A DNA stretch of 64,000 nt from Candidatus Latescibacterota bacterium (GTDB lineage: Bacteria > Latescibacterota > UBA2968 > UBA8231). Each line of letters opens with the position of its first letter. Within the stretch, counting starts at the first letter, position 1. The stretch is taken from the NCBI GenBank assembly GCA_965203175.1, contig OZ241867.1:4416001-4480000 (forward strand), given 5' to 3'. The notes under the pieces were generated by a model. It was not told the origin of the DNA. It saw only the letters and a program-made list of their open reading frames with translations, and did not search any database. A program made the translations under genes and the position numbers. Positions 38,774 to 48,388 of this stretch are shown one piece after another.

Positions 38774-39187
38774 GGGCCAGTATAGACACTCTGTGGCCGG
38801 GCGAGTAATCGCAGCCCGGTTTTTGTGGTTGTCCCGTGATTCGCCTTGGAACCACCAGAGCGAATCGCTCCAGTTAGGGAGAATCTATCTATACTGGCCC
38901 CACCAATTAGGGGGCACCGAGCCTTGGAATGACACAATATATTTCTGCCTTGCAGGCTAGAGTTCCAATCTCCGGCTAACCCGGCGTGGGGTCGAAACCC
39001 GTGGCGTCATGGCCGTTAGGCCACACGAGGCGATCCACCTCAATCAGACCCAGCAGGCGCTACCCTGCCATGTCTGGTGCCTTATATCGTGCCGACTCGA
39101 TGTCCCTAATTAAATATTACGATATGATGACTACATATCTAATACTACGTATTCCCGACCAGTGTGCAAGTCGGTCACCAGCCCCAC
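38774..39187. ncRNA. Unidentified hairpin-rich non-coding region
   Basis: 13-bp perfect IR 38774-38786/38888-38900; imperfect IR 38905-38921/39096-39111 enclosing several small hairpins; no credible ORF. Confidence 0.35.
38796..38824 (+). terminator. Possible intrinsic terminator after the J-domain gene
   Basis: GCCGGGC..GCCCGGT stem followed by a T run. Confidence 0.45.
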
Positions 39188-41930
39188 GTGCGTTCGGAGT
39201 AATCCAAGGGTGCGAAGCTGGGGCGAAAAGCCTAATGACGCGGCGAGCCATCCGCCAACTCTGGGCAAGGTGAAAACAGGCAGGGAGAACTAACGTGAAT
39301 CTACTCAGGCGTCGTAAGATTTGACTGCCGAAACCGAAGGCTGATACGGTAGAAGGGCCACACATGAACCCGGTTACTTTACAGATCGGCTTGGGAAACC
39401 ACCATGACCCAAGGCACACCATAGGCCCCGGCGTATAGTAGGCTCCCGCCCCTGTTGTATCTCATTTATGCGGAAAAGACTAACCCCGATGAGGTCTGAA
39501 ATGGGAAGGCGGTGTGCTGCCGCCCTCTCCAATATCAGTAATCCAATCGCAAGAGCGGGCTAATTCCTCAGCGGGAAAAGGATGTGGTAAGAAGCGAAGG
39601 CCAGCCGCCGAAAGGCAAGAGGAAAAGACGACTTGTGAAAACCCAAGAGGGAGGGGGACATGAAGATACGCTATCTTCATGTCCCCCTATCCAAAGCACA
39701 AAGAGCTACGATCAAGGATCAATCTGCTCAGAATCGCCTTGCAGTCCATGCCTAACCATGACATCGCGCAACATAATTGCGCCGTCACGGATTAGATCAC
39801 GGATTTCGGGTAAATTCCTGCCGATAGTCCGCCCAAGGCACCAACCAAGGGCAGCCCCACCAAAATCAAGAAGTCCAATGCTTGCGCTTCCACCGCAAGC
39901 ATCAAAACTTCTGCGGCTATGATCGTACTTAAAACGGAAAAATCTTCCAACTGCCATTGGAAGCCATCCTTTCCAGAGCTGCCGACTTACCCACAGGAAT
40001 GGGATACCATCAAAATAAACAACAATTTTGATGGACACAAGGAATACTTGAACGTCTATAACTCGCTGGATATGCACAAATGTGCAGCACGAAAGTGAGC
40101 TGACGTGCCACAGGTTTGTCGTCCGTAGCTGCTGCAATAGAACTCTAATCGAAAGGAGATGCGGAGAGTCTATGACGAGCAGACCTAAGAGATGGCGAGA
40201 TTGGCGCGACATCGACTGGTGTCAAACCATGAAAGCCGTCCGAGAACTAAGGCAGCAAATCTACAGGGCTTCACAGAAAAGAGACTACAAGAAATTGCGG
40301 TCTCTGCAACGCCTGATGTTGAAAAGCCGAGCCAATGCTGAACTCAGTGTTCGGCAGGTGACTCAGATCAACACCGGGCGGAAAACTCCAGGGGTGGATG
40401 GACGGGTGGCACTAACGCCGGATGAGCGCACCGAGTTAATCAAGGACTTGCTCCAAGACCAAACTTGGAAACCTCAACCGGCCAAACGTGTGCATATCCC
40501 GAAGGCCAATGGCCAACAACGACCCTTGGGCATCCCGACCATAGCCGACCGATGCAGGCAGGCAATGGTCAAAAATGCCCTTGAACCCGAATGGGAAGCC
40601 CGGTTTGAGCCATGTTCCTATGGTTTCAGACCGGGCAGGTCTTGCCACGACGCTATAGGCCGCATATTCCGTCTCGCACTACCTCAGAGCAAAAAGCACT
40701 GGGTAGTTGATGCGGATATAAAGGGAGCCTTTGACAATATCGACCACGACTCATTGCTTGAAGCCCTGTACGGCTTCCCTGTTAAAGACATGGTGAGGCA
40801 ATGGCTCGAAGCCGGTATTTTGGACAAAGGAGTATTTGCTGAGACGGATAAGGGCACACCGCAAGGTGGTGTCCTAAGTCCGCTACTCGCAAACATAGCT
40901 CTAACCGGGATGGAAAAGGCCATAGGGGTCAAGTATCACAAGAACAAGACTCACATGACCATCAGGAGCAAGCGGGCCTTAGTGCGCTATGCTGATGACT
41001 TTGTCATCTTCGCAGAAACGCAAAAGGATGCCCGTGCAGCCCGAAATGAAATAGCTAACTGGTTGAAGGGGATAGGCTTGGAACTCTCGAAAGAGAAAAC
41101 CAGAATCCGCCATGTTCAGAAAGGCTTTGACTTCTTGGGCTTCAATATTCGCCTGTATCGAGTAGAAGGCGAAAACTCTACACAGGAGAAGCTCCTGATT
41201 AAACCGAGCAGAAAATCGGTTGATGCCTTCAAAGAGCGGCTACGGATAGAATGGTCAAATCTCAAAGGCCACAACATCCACACCGTAATAAAAAGGCTCA
41301 ATCCGATACTGCGAGGATGGGGCAATTATTTCCGCATGGTTGTCAGCAATGACACCTTTCAGGAAATGGACAATTTCATGTATCATCGAGAAATGCGCTA
41401 CATGAAATTCACCCACCCCAATAAATCTTGGAAATGGAGACAGCGGCATTACTTCGGTCAACTGAAACACGATAGAGCCGATACGTATGTGTTTGGCGAT
41501 CCCAAAACCAAACACCATCTAATTAAACTCAATTGGATGCCCATACAGCGGCATATCCTGATTCAGCACGGAGCATCGCCGGATAATCCAGAGCTAAGCA
41601 AATACTGGCAGAAGCGTGAATTGAGAAAGGTTGAACTCCTGCCAACAAACAGACACAAGCGGATTGCTCGGAGGCAAAAGGGCAACTGCGAGGTCTGTAA
41701 AGATACCCTGTTCAGTGGAGAACAATTGCATCTTCACCACAGGATACCTAAGATTGAAGGTGGGACAGACGCTCTAAGCAATCTCGCGCTACTGCACATT
41801 ACGTGCCATCAGCAAATCCACAAAAGGAGGCTGAAGAAGTAGCGCGACATGCTTGAGCCGTGTGCGGTGATAAGTCGCACGCACGGTTCTTAGGGGGCTG
41901 GGGGCCAGCGATGGTCTCCGGCTACCCGAC
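39188..41930 (+). mobile_element. Group II intron (IIB, chloroplast-like class) with RT/maturase/HNH ORF
   Basis: 5' GTGCG at 39188 followed by CL-class-like DI sequence; DV GAGCCGTGTGCGGTGATAAGTCGCACGCACGGTTC at 41855-41889; DVI ending CCCGAC at 41930; 5' boundary less certain than 3'. Confidence 0.88.
40172..41842 (+). CDS. ltrA: Group II intron reverse transcriptase/maturase with HNH endonuclease
   Basis: RT_N (W..IDW..LQRLM, TPGVDG), RPLGIP, SYGFRPGR, GTPQGG, YADD, LNPILRGWGNY (X domain), CxxC..HH..GG..NL..H..CH. Confidence 0.95.
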   Translation: MTSRPKRWRDWRDIDWCQTMKAVRELRQQIYRASQKRDYKKLRSLQRLMLKSRANAELSVRQVTQINTGRKTPGVDGRVALTPDERTELIKDLLQDQTWKPQPAKRVHIPKANGQQRPLGIPTIADRCRQAMVKNALEPEWEARFEPCSYGFRPGRSCHDAIGRIFRLALPQSKKHWVVDADIKGAFDNIDHDSLLEALYGFPVKDMVRQWLEAGILDKGVFAETDKGTPQGGVLSPLLANIALTGMEKAIGVKYHKNKTHMTIRSKRALVRYADDFVIFAETQKDARAARNEIANWLKGIGLELSKEKTRIRHVQKGFDFLGFNIRLYRVEGENSTQEKLLIKPSRKSVDAFKERLRIEWSNLKGHNIHTVIKRLNPILRGWGNYFRMVVSNDTFQEMDNFMYHREMRYMKFTHPNKSWKWRQRHYFGQLKHDRADTYVFGDPKTKHHLIKLNWMPIQRHILIQHGASPDNPELSKYWQKRELRKVELLPTNRHKRIARRQKGNCEVCKDTLFSGEQLHLHHRIPKIEGGTDALSNLALLHITCHQQIHKRRLKK

Positions 41931-41970
41931 AGTCTCTGACGACCCATTAAACTAGCATCGGAGGAAGCTT

Positions 41971-42363
41971 ATGGCTGATTTTGCCACAGTAAAGGAGTAC
42001 GTCCTCGAGTTGGGCCTTGCCATTGCCGAGGAGATTCCCGCCGAGGAAATCATCATTGTCAACGACGAAGAGCGAGGGGTACAAAACCTAGTTATTGATT
42101 GCGAGGATACGGTGTTGGTGATCGAGCAACTTATCCTCCAGGTCGCCGCTGGGGCTGCCGGGACGTATCAGCGGATTTTGCAGATGAACCGCGACTTGGT
42201 CTTTGGTGCCTTCGTCCTCAACGAAGAAGGCGATTCGCTGCTCTATCGCAATACGCTGGCGCTGGAGAATTTGGACTTAAACGAACTGGAAAGCACAATC
42301 AACTCCCTCAGCCTGGGCTTGGCCGAGCACGGGGAGGAATTACTGGGGTTTGCCGCCAAATAG
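41971..42363 (+). CDS. YbjN / CesT-like chaperone domain protein
   Basis: GGAGG RBS; LQMNRDLVFGAFVL, TLALENLDLNEL; directly upstream of pspA-like gene. Confidence 0.72.
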   Translation: MADFATVKEYVLELGLAIAEEIPAEEIIIVNDEERGVQNLVIDCEDTVLVIEQLILQVAAGAAGTYQRILQMNRDLVFGAFVLNEEGDSLLYRNTLALENLDLNELESTINSLSLGLAEHGEELLGFAAK

Positions 42364-42374
42364 GAGGACAGGAC

Positions 42375-43085
42375 ATGGCAGGTATATTTCAACGCTTGTT
42401 TAAGACGGGGCAGGCCGAGGCCCACGCCATTGTGGATAAGCTCGAAGACCCGATCAAGATGAGCGAGCAAGCGATCCGCGACTTAAAAAAGGACTTGCAG
42501 GAAAGTCTCAAGGCTCTGGCCGAGGTCAAGGCGATTTCCATCCGGCTCAGCCGCGAGTCCGAAGACCACCGCCGCCGCGCCGAAGACTACGAGCGCAAGG
42601 CCATGCTGCTGTTGCAAAAGGCCGAATCTGGCCAGATGGAGGAGGCTGAGGCCGACCGCTTGGCGCGCGAATCCTTGACCCGCGTCGAAGAGGCCCAAAG
42701 TCGGCACTCAGAAGCCTCCCAACAGGCCCAAGCCCAACAGGCGATGGCCGACAAGCTGCAGAGCAATGTCAACGATCTGAAGTCGAAAATCGCCTCGTAC
42801 GAAAACGATCTGGTAACCCTCAAGGCGCGCACCAAAACCGCCAACGCCACCCGCAAAATCAACCAGCACTTGGCCAACATCGACTCCAAGGGTACCACGG
42901 CCCTGCTCGAACGGATGAAGGAAAAGACCGAAGAGCAGGAAGCCCTCGCCGAAGCCTATGGCGATATGGGAGACGCGGCGACGAGCGTTGACGACGAGAT
43001 CAACAAGGCCCTCGCCGACAGCAAGGGAGCCAAGGTCGATGATTCCCTGGCCCAACTCAAGGCCAGAATGAAGACGGCGAAATAA
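42375..43085 (+). CDS. pspA: PspA/IM30 (ESCRT-III-like) protein
   Basis: N-terminal amphipathic GIFQRL, KLEDPIKMSEQAIRDL, long coiled coil, LERMKEK. Confidence 0.88.
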   Translation: MAGIFQRLFKTGQAEAHAIVDKLEDPIKMSEQAIRDLKKDLQESLKALAEVKAISIRLSRESEDHRRRAEDYERKAMLLLQKAESGQMEEAEADRLARESLTRVEEAQSRHSEASQQAQAQQAMADKLQSNVNDLKSKIASYENDLVTLKARTKTANATRKINQHLANIDSKGTTALLERMKEKTEEQEALAEAYGDMGDAATSVDDEINKALADSKGAKVDDSLAQLKARMKTAK

Positions 43086-43108
43086 GGGCTGCCGCTCACG
43101 CCCATGGG

Positions 43109-44755
43109 ATGAAGGCCCTTAGCCGCAGGCAATTTTTCGGCGCGCTCGCCGCCGCTGGTAGCTGGGCTGCTTGGAGCGGTTGCTCGTCTGACCAGCAGCG
43201 GCCGATTCCTGGGCGGATCGTCAATGAAGGACCGCCGCGTGGGCACCTGCTGCGCGATGTGCATTCCTGGGCAGACTTCGCCGCGGCTGAGCCTGCGTGC
43301 GATGTCGCCATTGTCGGCGGTGGGATCTCCGGCTTGGCTGCGGCGTGGAAGTTGCGTCGGTCGGGGGTGGAGCGGATTCTTCTCCTCGACCTTGGCGACC
43401 AGCTAGGGGGCACCAGTCGCAGTGGCCACTGGGGCGACCAGGCATTTCCCTGGGGCGCTCACTACATCAACATCCCTCCCGCCGAAGCCGACTGCATCCA
43501 CGAAATACTGCAAGATCTAGGCGTCATCGACGGCTATGACGCGGCGAATAGGCCGATGGTCGCCGCTGGGACGATGCTGCGCTGGCCGCACGAGCGGCTC
43601 TTCTATCGGGGTCGCTGGGTCTCCGGGTTGGACCCGTTTGTCGACGCATCGGGCCGGGAGCGCGAAGCATGGTTGCGCTTTGAAGACGAGATGCTGCGCT
43701 GGGTCTTGCACCGCGGCCGGGACGGGCGTCGGGCCTTTGCCATGCCTTTGCGCTACAGCACCGCCGATTCACGGGTGCGGCGTTTGGACCAGATCAGTAT
43801 GGCCCAGTATCTCCGCGAAGAGGGATGGCATGACGATCGGCTCCGCTGGCTGGTCGATTACGCCTGCCGCGACGACTACGGCAGCACGGCGGCCCAAGTC
43901 TCGGCGTGGGCCGGGATTCACTACTATGCCTGTCGATTCTACGACTACCGAGTACACGAAGCGTACCCAGCCCACACGCTGACGTGGCCCGAGGGCAATG
44001 GGCACCTAGTTGGGGAACTCGCTAATAGATTGGGGAAGCACGAAATAAAGCGACAATCTCTAGTGGCTCGTCTGGCCGAAGAACGGTCGCAGGTGCGACT
44101 GGGATACATCGACTTGGCGACCGGGGAAAAACGGCAACTGACCGCTCGGGCAGTGGTGTACGCTGGCAAGCTCCACACAGCTCCTTATGCGATTGCAGAC
44201 CTGCCGGATGCACAGGCCAAGGCCATGGCAACCATCGAGTACAGCCCTTGGTTGGTCGCGGCGATTTTCCTCAAAGAGCCGCTTGTTGCCCAGCAGACTA
44301 CTTGGGACAATGTCTTGTACGACAGCCCATCGCTGGGCTACGTGGTCGCCGACCATCAGCAGGGCGGTGGCCGCGTTTTGATGTACTATTGGCCCTTTGT
44401 CGACCAACTTGCGGACGCCCGGCACGCCTTGCTCGCGCAAGACCATTCATTCTGGACCGAACAGATCATGGCCGATTTGCTCCGCGTCCACCCGGAGCTA
44501 GACGACCTCGTAGAGCGCATCGATTTGTATCGCTGGGGGCACGGGATGATGCGGCCCAGTCCCGGGTCGCTATGGGGGCCGATGGCTGGTTGGCGGCAGC
44601 AGCCAATGGAGCGGATATTTTTTGCTTCGTGCGATGCGACTGGGCTGCCCCTGTGCGAAGAAGCCATATTTTCCGGTATGCTGGCGGCGGAGCAAGCTAT
44701 GGACTGTCTCGGCGTGGCGTATTCTTCCTCGTTGGGAGGGCTTGCGGATGCCTAG
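43109..44755 (+). CDS. Tat-exported FAD-dependent oxidoreductase (amine-oxidase-like)
   Basis: SRRQFF Tat signal with possible lipobox WSGC; IVGGGISGLAAA; PWGAHY; DYACRDDYG; RWGHGM. Confidence 0.82.
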   Translation: MKALSRRQFFGALAAAGSWAAWSGCSSDQQRPIPGRIVNEGPPRGHLLRDVHSWADFAAAEPACDVAIVGGGISGLAAAWKLRRSGVERILLLDLGDQLGGTSRSGHWGDQAFPWGAHYINIPPAEADCIHEILQDLGVIDGYDAANRPMVAAGTMLRWPHERLFYRGRWVSGLDPFVDASGREREAWLRFEDEMLRWVLHRGRDGRRAFAMPLRYSTADSRVRRLDQISMAQYLREEGWHDDRLRWLVDYACRDDYGSTAAQVSAWAGIHYYACRFYDYRVHEAYPAHTLTWPEGNGHLVGELANRLGKHEIKRQSLVARLAEERSQVRLGYIDLATGEKRQLTARAVVYAGKLHTAPYAIADLPDAQAKAMATIEYSPWLVAAIFLKEPLVAQQTTWDNVLYDSPSLGYVVADHQQGGGRVLMYYWPFVDQLADARHALLAQDHSFWTEQIMADLLRVHPELDDLVERIDLYRWGHGMMRPSPGSLWGPMAGWRQQPMERIFFASCDATGLPLCEEAIFSGMLAAEQAMDCLGVAYSSSLGGLADA

Positions 44756-46268
44756 GCTGGGTGCGCTGTTTTTGCTGGTGGCCATTTTCTCGGCTGCTGT
44801 CTGCGCCATCGTCTATCAGTTGCTCATCGGCAGTGTGTCGTCCTACTTCCTCGGCAATAGCGTCGAGCAGTTTTCCTTGACCATCGGCTTTTTTCTCGCT
44901 GCGATGGGGCTTGGCTCTTGGCTTTCGCGCTTTGTCGCCGACGACTTGCTGTTGACGCGGCTAGCCCAGCTAGAGATTTGGCTGGGGCTTTTGGGTGGGG
45001 TTTCGGTTGGCGTGCTCTACGTGCTCTACGGATACACCGACCACTTTAGGGCCGGCATGTTGGCGTTGAGCGTTGCGATTGGCGCATTGATCGGCCTAGA
45101 AGTGCCGCTGATCACCCGGCTTTTGCGCGGGCACGGTACGCTGCGTGCGGCGTTATCGAATGTTTTGTCCCTTGATTATCTGGGGGCCTTGTTGGCTTCA
45201 TTGCTCTTCCCGTACATCCTGTTGCCCTTCCTCGGCAGCCTGCACACAGCGTTGGTCGCCGGCTTGGTCAACGCCGGCCTCGGCCTCGGCGTGGTGCTTG
45301 CATTTAAGGGGGTATTGCTAGAGCAACGCGCCTTCCACTCTCTAGGGACGCAAGCGCTTGTGGTTATCGCGGTGCTTGGGGCGTTGGCTTGGCAAGGGGA
45401 AGGGTTGCGGGCGCGGTGGGAAAGCGACCTCTACGAGGACCGCATCATCCACAGCGAGCAATCGGCCTACCAGCAAATTGTCTTGACTCGGCGCGACGAT
45501 CACCTGCGGCTTTATCTCAACGGGCACTTGCAATTCGCTTCCATTGACGAACACCGCTACCACGAGGCCCTAGTCCATCCGGCTATGGCGCTGGCTCCCT
45601 CCCGCGAAAGGGTGCTCATCATCGGGGGAGGGGACGGCCTGACGGCGCGGGAAGTGCTCAAGTACAAGGAGGTTGAGCACGTCGATTTAGTCGATCTCGA
45701 CCCGGCAGTGACCCTGTTAGCCCAGCGCAACATCTACCTGACAAGGCTCAACGACAATGCTTTAAATCGCCGCCAAGTCCGCGTGGTCAACGAAGATGGC
45801 TTTGTCTTTTTGCAACACGAGCACGTGCCGTATGGCGCAATACTAATCGACTTACCCGATCCCCGCGAGGAGAGCTTGGCCAAGCTCTATTCGGTCGAGG
45901 CCTATAGGCTGTGTCGAAAATTGCTCAGCCCACAAGGCGTCATGGCGACCCAAGCTTCTAGTCCATATTACGCCCGCGAGGCGTACTGGAGCATTGCCGC
46001 CGCTTTGGAGGAAGCCGGCTTTGCCGTCCACTCCTATCACTTGCACGTGCCCTCTTTTGGCGAGTGGGGGTTCCACTTGGCGGGACCCGCAGGGCTAGAT
46101 CCGACAGCAGTCGCCTTTGCCGTTCCCACGCGCTATATCGACCGCCAAGTCTGGGATGCCCTCTCGGTGTTCGACGGCGATATGGCCCGCTTACCCGTGC
46201 AGGCCAACCGACTTGATAGACCGGTGCTGGCGCGTTATTATCGACGGGGTTGGGGCACTCAGTTTTGA
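44748..46268 (+). CDS. speE: Membrane-anchored polyamine aminopropyltransferase (spermidine-synthase-like)
   Basis: About 7 N-terminal TM segments; LYLNGHLQF, DEHRYHEALVHP, IGGGDG, DLPDP, VPSFGEWGF. Confidence 0.88.
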   Translation: MPRLGALFLLVAIFSAAVCAIVYQLLIGSVSSYFLGNSVEQFSLTIGFFLAAMGLGSWLSRFVADDLLLTRLAQLEIWLGLLGGVSVGVLYVLYGYTDHFRAGMLALSVAIGALIGLEVPLITRLLRGHGTLRAALSNVLSLDYLGALLASLLFPYILLPFLGSLHTALVAGLVNAGLGLGVVLAFKGVLLEQRAFHSLGTQALVVIAVLGALAWQGEGLRARWESDLYEDRIIHSEQSAYQQIVLTRRDDHLRLYLNGHLQFASIDEHRYHEALVHPAMALAPSRERVLIIGGGDGLTAREVLKYKEVEHVDLVDLDPAVTLLAQRNIYLTRLNDNALNRRQVRVVNEDGFVFLQHEHVPYGAILIDLPDPREESLAKLYSVEAYRLCRKLLSPQGVMATQASSPYYAREAYWSIAAALEEAGFAVHSYHLHVPSFGEWGFHLAGPAGLDPTAVAFAVPTRYIDRQVWDALSVFDGDMARLPVQANRLDRPVLARYYRRGWGTQF

Positions 46269-46281
46269 AAGGAAATGCCAG

Positions 46282-46830
46282 ATGGGTTTAAGGAAATGGT
46301 TCGGTGGTCGCCAAGACGAGGAAGAACCGACCTATCAGGAGTATTCGCTGAGCACCATGAAAGTGGGCTTCCTAGTCGATTACGACCTCAAAACTTGGCA
46401 AGTCACAGGCCGTGGCAGCTATGACTACGACGGCTATACTACCGAGGAATGGGAATTGCAGGCCGATGGTCAAGTGTGCTTCCTCGAACGCGCCGTAGAA
46501 GACGGCAAAGCCTATTGGACCTTGACGCGGGCGATTGGCATCGACGAGATCGATGGCGATATTGCGGCGGCGATTATCGCCGATGGCGATCCGCCTGAAG
46601 CTGTACGGTTTGAGGGTGATGAATACGTGGGGAGCACGAGCGACGCGGGTCTGTATCGCAAAGACGGCACCGATGCGGAGCGCGAGTTTGTCAACTGGTC
46701 GTTTGAAGGGGAAGAGGGCAAGGTGCTTTTTATTAGCCAGTGGGGCGAGCGCGATTTTGCCGCGTACGCAGGCTTGGAGGTAGAAGAATACCAATTCACC
46801 GACATTTTGCCGGTGGAGGAGGGCACTTGA
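46282..46830 (+). CDS. DUF4178-domain protein
   Basis: KVGFLVDYDLKTWQV..YD..EW; operon context. Confidence 0.72.
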   Translation: MGLRKWFGGRQDEEEPTYQEYSLSTMKVGFLVDYDLKTWQVTGRGSYDYDGYTTEEWELQADGQVCFLERAVEDGKAYWTLTRAIGIDEIDGDIAAAIIADGDPPEAVRFEGDEYVGSTSDAGLYRKDGTDAEREFVNWSFEGEEGKVLFISQWGERDFAAYAGLEVEEYQFTDILPVEEGT

Positions 46831-46831
46831 A

Positions 46832-47536
46832 ATGGCTTGGCGCGTAGCGGCCTTAGCTCTGTGGGGCCTGATTGCCTGCGGGTCAAAAGACCCAGTGCGA
46901 GAATTGGTGCGCGACTTAGATCGCTATCCCGAGTACTCGCTGATCGTCGATGATGCCCGCATCGAAGACCCCTCGTTTTTTCCCGACTACTTCCTCCGCT
47001 TTCAGATATTAACCGCTTCGGGACAGCGCGTCGCCGGGCGCGATACCATCGTGTACGAGAAGCGCCGTACGGATTGGATGGAAGTCCGCGAAGAGACCTT
47101 CTACCGCTACGACAACTACGTTGGCATGGTTGTGGCCTCCAAGTCGCTGGACGGCCGCCGCACCGGCACTAGTCAAGCGCACCCGCCCGGTTATCAGTAC
47201 GTCGGCAATCCCCAGTACGGGTTTTGGGGAGGGGGCGGGTTTTGGCAATTTTACGGCCAGTACGCGCTGATGCGCGACTTGATGGGAGGGTGGGGCGTTG
47301 GCCGGGGCGATTGGGAGGACTACCGCCGCAATCGGGAACGGGGCCGCACGTACTACGGGCCGGTGAAAGACGGCCGGCCCACCTTTGGGTCGCGCGGTTC
47401 GCAGACCCAAAAGACGCGACCGCAATTCTACCAGCGTCAGGCAAGCCGCCGCCAGGCCTTTAGTGGCCAGGTCAAAAACCGCATGGGCCGCACCACCTCC
47501 GGGTGGGGACGCGGTTCCTCGCGCTTTGGAAAATAG
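46832..47536 (+). CDS. Hypothetical lipoprotein with Gly/Arg-rich tail
   Basis: Lipobox LIAC; PPGYQYVGNPQYG.W..FWQFYGQYA. Confidence 0.65.
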   Translation: MAWRVAALALWGLIACGSKDPVRELVRDLDRYPEYSLIVDDARIEDPSFFPDYFLRFQILTASGQRVAGRDTIVYEKRRTDWMEVREETFYRYDNYVGMVVASKSLDGRRTGTSQAHPPGYQYVGNPQYGFWGGGGFWQFYGQYALMRDLMGGWGVGRGDWEDYRRNRERGRTYYGPVKDGRPTFGSRGSQTQKTRPQFYQRQASRRQAFSGQVKNRMGRTTSGWGRGSSRFGK

Positions 47537-47545
47537 GGGGAACCA

Positions 47546-48388
47546 GTGGATACTTTAATGACTATGGCTCAGACCCTAGTCTATCTCTTAGAGGCTTTCG
47601 TCCTGCTCTTTGTTGCCAAGCAGGCCTATGCCCGGGTTTTTCGCCGGGTCAATCTCAAGGACGAACTCTACGGCCGAAACAACCACGCGATGGCCGTTGC
47701 GGTGGGTGGTTATTTCTTTGGGATTTGCCTAGCGCTGGGGGGGGCGTTGAGCGGCCCTTCGCTCGGCTGGCAAGCCGACCTGATTGGCATCGCCCAGTAC
47801 GGCCTCTTGGCAATTGTCTTGATGCTCGTCGCCGGTGTGCTCTGCGAGCGAGTGCTTCTACCTCACTTCAATAACCGCAAGGAGGTCGTCGAGGATCAGA
47901 ATATGGGGACGGCCTTTGTCGAGGCGGGGATGCACATTGCCAATGGCTTGATTGTTCTGGCTATCGTGCAGGGCGAGGGGCCCCTGTGGAGCGGCGTGGC
48001 CTTCTGGCTATTGGCTCAAGTGGTGCTAATAGTGGCCGGGCTGCTCTACGAGTGGATTACCCCGCATTCGGTTCACAGCGAACTAGAGCGCGATAATGCC
48101 GCAGTTGGCTTGGCGTTTGGCGGCGTGTTGGTAGGCATGGGCAACATCGTCAGCATCGCCGTGGCCGGAGACTACGCAGGGTGGCTCATCGGCCTCAAAA
48201 CCTTTGGCATGGATGCGGTCTTTGGTTTTGTCGCGCTCTACGCCATCCACAAGTTGACTGATGTGCTTCTAGCTCCCAAAGTGAGCTTGGGTGCCGAACA
48301 GATAGAGGAGCAGCCGAATGTGGGGGCCGGGCTGATAGAGGCCTTCGGCTACGTGGGTGGATCGACCCTAATCGTCTGGATTTTCTGA
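47546..48388 (+). CDS. DUF350-domain membrane protein
   Basis: Repeated EL...N.A motifs (NNHAMAV, QNMGTA, DNAAVG, PNVGAG). Confidence 0.78.
   Translation: MDTLMTMAQTLVYLLEAFVLLFVAKQAYARVFRRVNLKDELYGRNNHAMAVAVGGYFFGICLALGGALSGPSLGWQADLIGIAQYGLLAIVLMLVAGVLCERVLLPHFNNRKEVVEDQNMGTAFVEAGMHIANGLIVLAIVQGEGPLWSGVAFWLLAQVVLIVAGLLYEWITPHSVHSELERDNAAVGLAFGGVLVGMGNIVSIAVAGDYAGWLIGLKTFGMDAVFGFVALYAIHKLTDVLLAPKVSLGAEQIEEQPNVGAGLIEAFGYVGGSTLIVWIF

Noticed and set aside
38888-38921. GGCCCCACCA followed by GGGGGC as a tRNA end or permuted tmRNA
   Set aside because: No T-loop (TTCRA), cloverleaf or tag reading frame is recognisable.
39712-40212. 166-aa antisense ORF within the intron as a confident gene
   Set aside because: It has no recognisable motif and overlaps the RT start and structured RNA. 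It is mentioned only as possible cargo.
40172-41842. RT as a retron, DGR or defence RT
   Set aside because: It has RT_N, maturase and HNH domains and is immediately followed by canonical DV/DVI, so it is a group II intron protein.
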